From NCBI RefSeq assembly GCF_000007225.1, contig NC_003364.1, positions 720,001 through 752,000 of the forward strand: 32,000 nt of DNA, read 5' to 3'. The notes beneath the pieces were generated by a model. It was not told where the DNA came from and did no database searches. It saw nothing but the letters and a program-made list of their open reading frames with translations. Below, in pieces: positions 30,668-32,000 of this stretch (positions are counted from its first letter, which is position 1; each line of letters opens with the position of its first letter). Source of the stretch: Pyrobaculum aerophilum str. IM2 (lineage in GTDB: Archaea > Thermoproteota > Thermoprotei > Thermoproteales > Thermoproteaceae). The translations under genes were made by a program, and so were the position numbers.

Positions 30668-31869
30668 TAGAGAAATATGCTCAATTCGTTGGCGAGGAGG
30701 AGATAAATGCAATTATAAAACTTGCTGAAAGGCTAGAGGATTTGTCAATACTCCACGTTAACTCCACGGCAGCTGGCGGCGGAGTAGCTGAGATACTTAA
30801 CAGAATGGTGCCGCTTATGAGAGAACTAGGGCTTAGAGTTGACTGGAGGGTGATTAAGGGTGATGAGGAATTTTTCACAGTGACTAAGACGTTCCACAAC
30901 GCGCTTCAAGGGACTGTCTCAGAAGTGCCAGAGCAGTATTACGCTATTTACGACAAATGGCAGGAAATCAACGCCACAGAATTAGACCTGGACTATGATG
31001 TGGTGTTTATTCACGACCCGCAGCCAGCTGGTTTAATAAAATACCGGAAGAAGGGGAAGTGGATTTGGAGATGTCACATAGACCTTTCAACACCGCATCC
31101 GCAAGTCTGGGCTTTCCTTAAGCGTTATGTATCTAACTACGACCTAGCCATATTCCATATCCCCGAATTCGCCAGAGACGATCTCGACATCCCACAGCTC
31201 ATTATTCCGCCGTCAATAGATCCGCTCAGCCCTAAAAACAGAGAATTGCCAAATAGCGCCATAGAGAGAATTGTAAGAAAATTCGATGTAGATCTCGACC
31301 GTCCAATACTTCTGCAAATCGCCCGTTTCGACTGGGCAAAGGACCCCATCGGCGTTATAGAGAGTTATAAATTAGCAAAAAGGCACACCCCTGAATTACA
31401 ATTGGTTTACCTAGGGAGTCCAGCTCACGACGACCCGGAGGGGGAAATAGTATACAAAAAAACAGTGGAGGCCGCTGGGAACGACCGCGACATTCATTTA
31501 CTAATGTTGCCGCCTGATAGCCACATAGAGGTAAACGCTTTTCAGCGCGCGGCAACAGTGGTTATGCAGAAGTCAATAAGAGAGGGCTTTGGTTTAACTG
31601 TCAGCGAGGCGTTATGGAAGGGAAAGCCCGTCATAGGCGGAAAGGCCGGCGGAATAAAAATACAGGTTATACACGGCGTCACGGGCTTTTTGGCGACATC
31701 AGCTAGAACAGCAGCGCACTATGTCACACTTCTCCTCAGAGAAAAAGAATTACGAGAACAAATGGGCGCTGCAGGCAGAGAGCACGTACGCAGAAACTTC
31801 CTTATAACACACCACTTAAGACGTTATTTAATGGCCATAGCGTACGTCACCGGGAGGCACAAAAAGTAG
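30664..31869 (+). CDS. treT: trehalose glycosyltransferring synthase TreT (GT4)
   Basis: Strong similarity along its full length to my memory of Pyrococcus/Thermococcus TreT: 'HVNSTAAGGGVAEIL', 'TKTFHNALQG', 'HDPQPAGL', 'WRCHIDLS', 'PPSIDPLSPKN', 'AHDDPEG', 'VNAFQRAA', 'QKSIREGFGLTVSEALWKGKPVIGG'. Start chosen at ATG 30664 (ATGA coupling); the track uses GTG 30655. Confidence 0.9.
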   Translation: MIEKYAQFVGEEEINAIIKLAERLEDLSILHVNSTAAGGGVAEILNRMVPLMRELGLRVDWRVIKGDEEFFTVTKTFHNALQGTVSEVPEQYYAIYDKWQEINATELDLDYDVVFIHDPQPAGLIKYRKKGKWIWRCHIDLSTPHPQVWAFLKRYVSNYDLAIFHIPEFARDDLDIPQLIIPPSIDPLSPKNRELPNSAIERIVRKFDVDLDRPILLQIARFDWAKDPIGVIESYKLAKRHTPELQLVYLGSPAHDDPEGEIVYKKTVEAAGNDRDIHLLMLPPDSHIEVNAFQRAATVVMQKSIREGFGLTVSEALWKGKPVIGGKAGGIKIQVIHGVTGFLATSARTAAHYVTLLLREKELREQMGAAGREHVRRNFLITHHLRRYLMAIAYVTGRHKK

Positions 31870-32000
31870 CTACCGCTTCTCCGCCCCCCAAGCGCCACTC
31901 ATATTGACGCGTAGATGTATAATTTCCAAGTCTCCAGGGTTCCGTACCCAAAAACCTTCTAGCAATACCCCTTAGCCAAACCGCCTCGTCAGCTTCAGCC

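Noticed and set aside
31847-31999. Open minus-strand frame entering from the right window edge (50 codons, TGA at 31847-31849), overlapping the treT 3' end by 23 nt
   Set aside because: It could be the C-terminus of a convergent gene, but only 50 residues are visible and they carry no recognisable motif. It cannot be supported from this window.
1-32000. CRISPR arrays, rRNA/tRNA genes, integrases, transposases, IS elements or long terminal or direct repeats that would mark a mobile element
   Set aside because: I found no regularly spaced repeats, no recombinase or transposase motifs and no tRNA-like cloverleaf. The only repeats are internal to the coiled-coil gene and the tandem small-protein paralogs.

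Overview
The window looks like a chromosomal segment of a hyperthermophilic crenarchaeon of the Thermoproteales, probably Pyrobaculum. The DeoC protein matches my memory of the P. aerophilum aldolase, but I cannot verify that here. The segment is compact: most genes have an A/T-rich TATA element about 22-28 nt upstream of the start codon, which implies leaderless mRNAs. Operon partners show ATGA-type start/stop overlaps, and terminators are oligo-T runs. I support about 37 protein-coding genes, two frame-disrupted genes, and two candidate structured RNAs. I found no rRNA, tRNA, CRISPR array, integrase or transposase.

Main blocks:
- 0-2.6 kb: a SAM methyltransferase, a surface-anchored PLD/HKD protein, and a membrane-tethered wHTH protein.
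- 2.6-7.5 kb: deoC, acyP, small membrane paralogs, a LysX/ArgX-type ATP-grasp ligase, and an eIF2B-like/SWIM/COG4911-like operon.
- 7.6-9.2 kb: a metal-type ABC ATPase and permease with no binding protein.
- 9.5-12 kb: a stalked coiled-coil surface protein and an orphan radical-SAM/SPASM enzyme.
- 12-13 kb: a decayed archaeal ATPase gene.
- 13.2-19.5 kb: a respiratory molybdoenzyme cluster in tetrathionate-reductase-like B-C-A order, preceded by a TorD-like chaperone and an RHH protein.
- 19.5-25.2 kb: a LysE exporter, two AAA/P-loop ATPases, an Nre-like protein and MscS.
- 25.7-31.9 kb: a trehalose island with the TPSP fusion, a GT4, an MSC-like membrane protein, an uncharacterised tandem-repeat protein and TreT.

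Best candidates for undescribed biology:
- the uncharacterised partners inside the trehalose island;
- the chaperone + RHH + BCA molybdoenzyme module, whose substrate is unknown;
- the orphan rSAM-SPASM enzyme, which has a tiny Cys-containing ORF immediately upstream;
- a self-contained ~95-nt structured RNA candidate at 2630-2727;
- three homopolymer-tract frame disruptions, one of which switches the C-terminus of a small membrane protein paralog.

All family assignments come from motif reading and memory. No searches were run.
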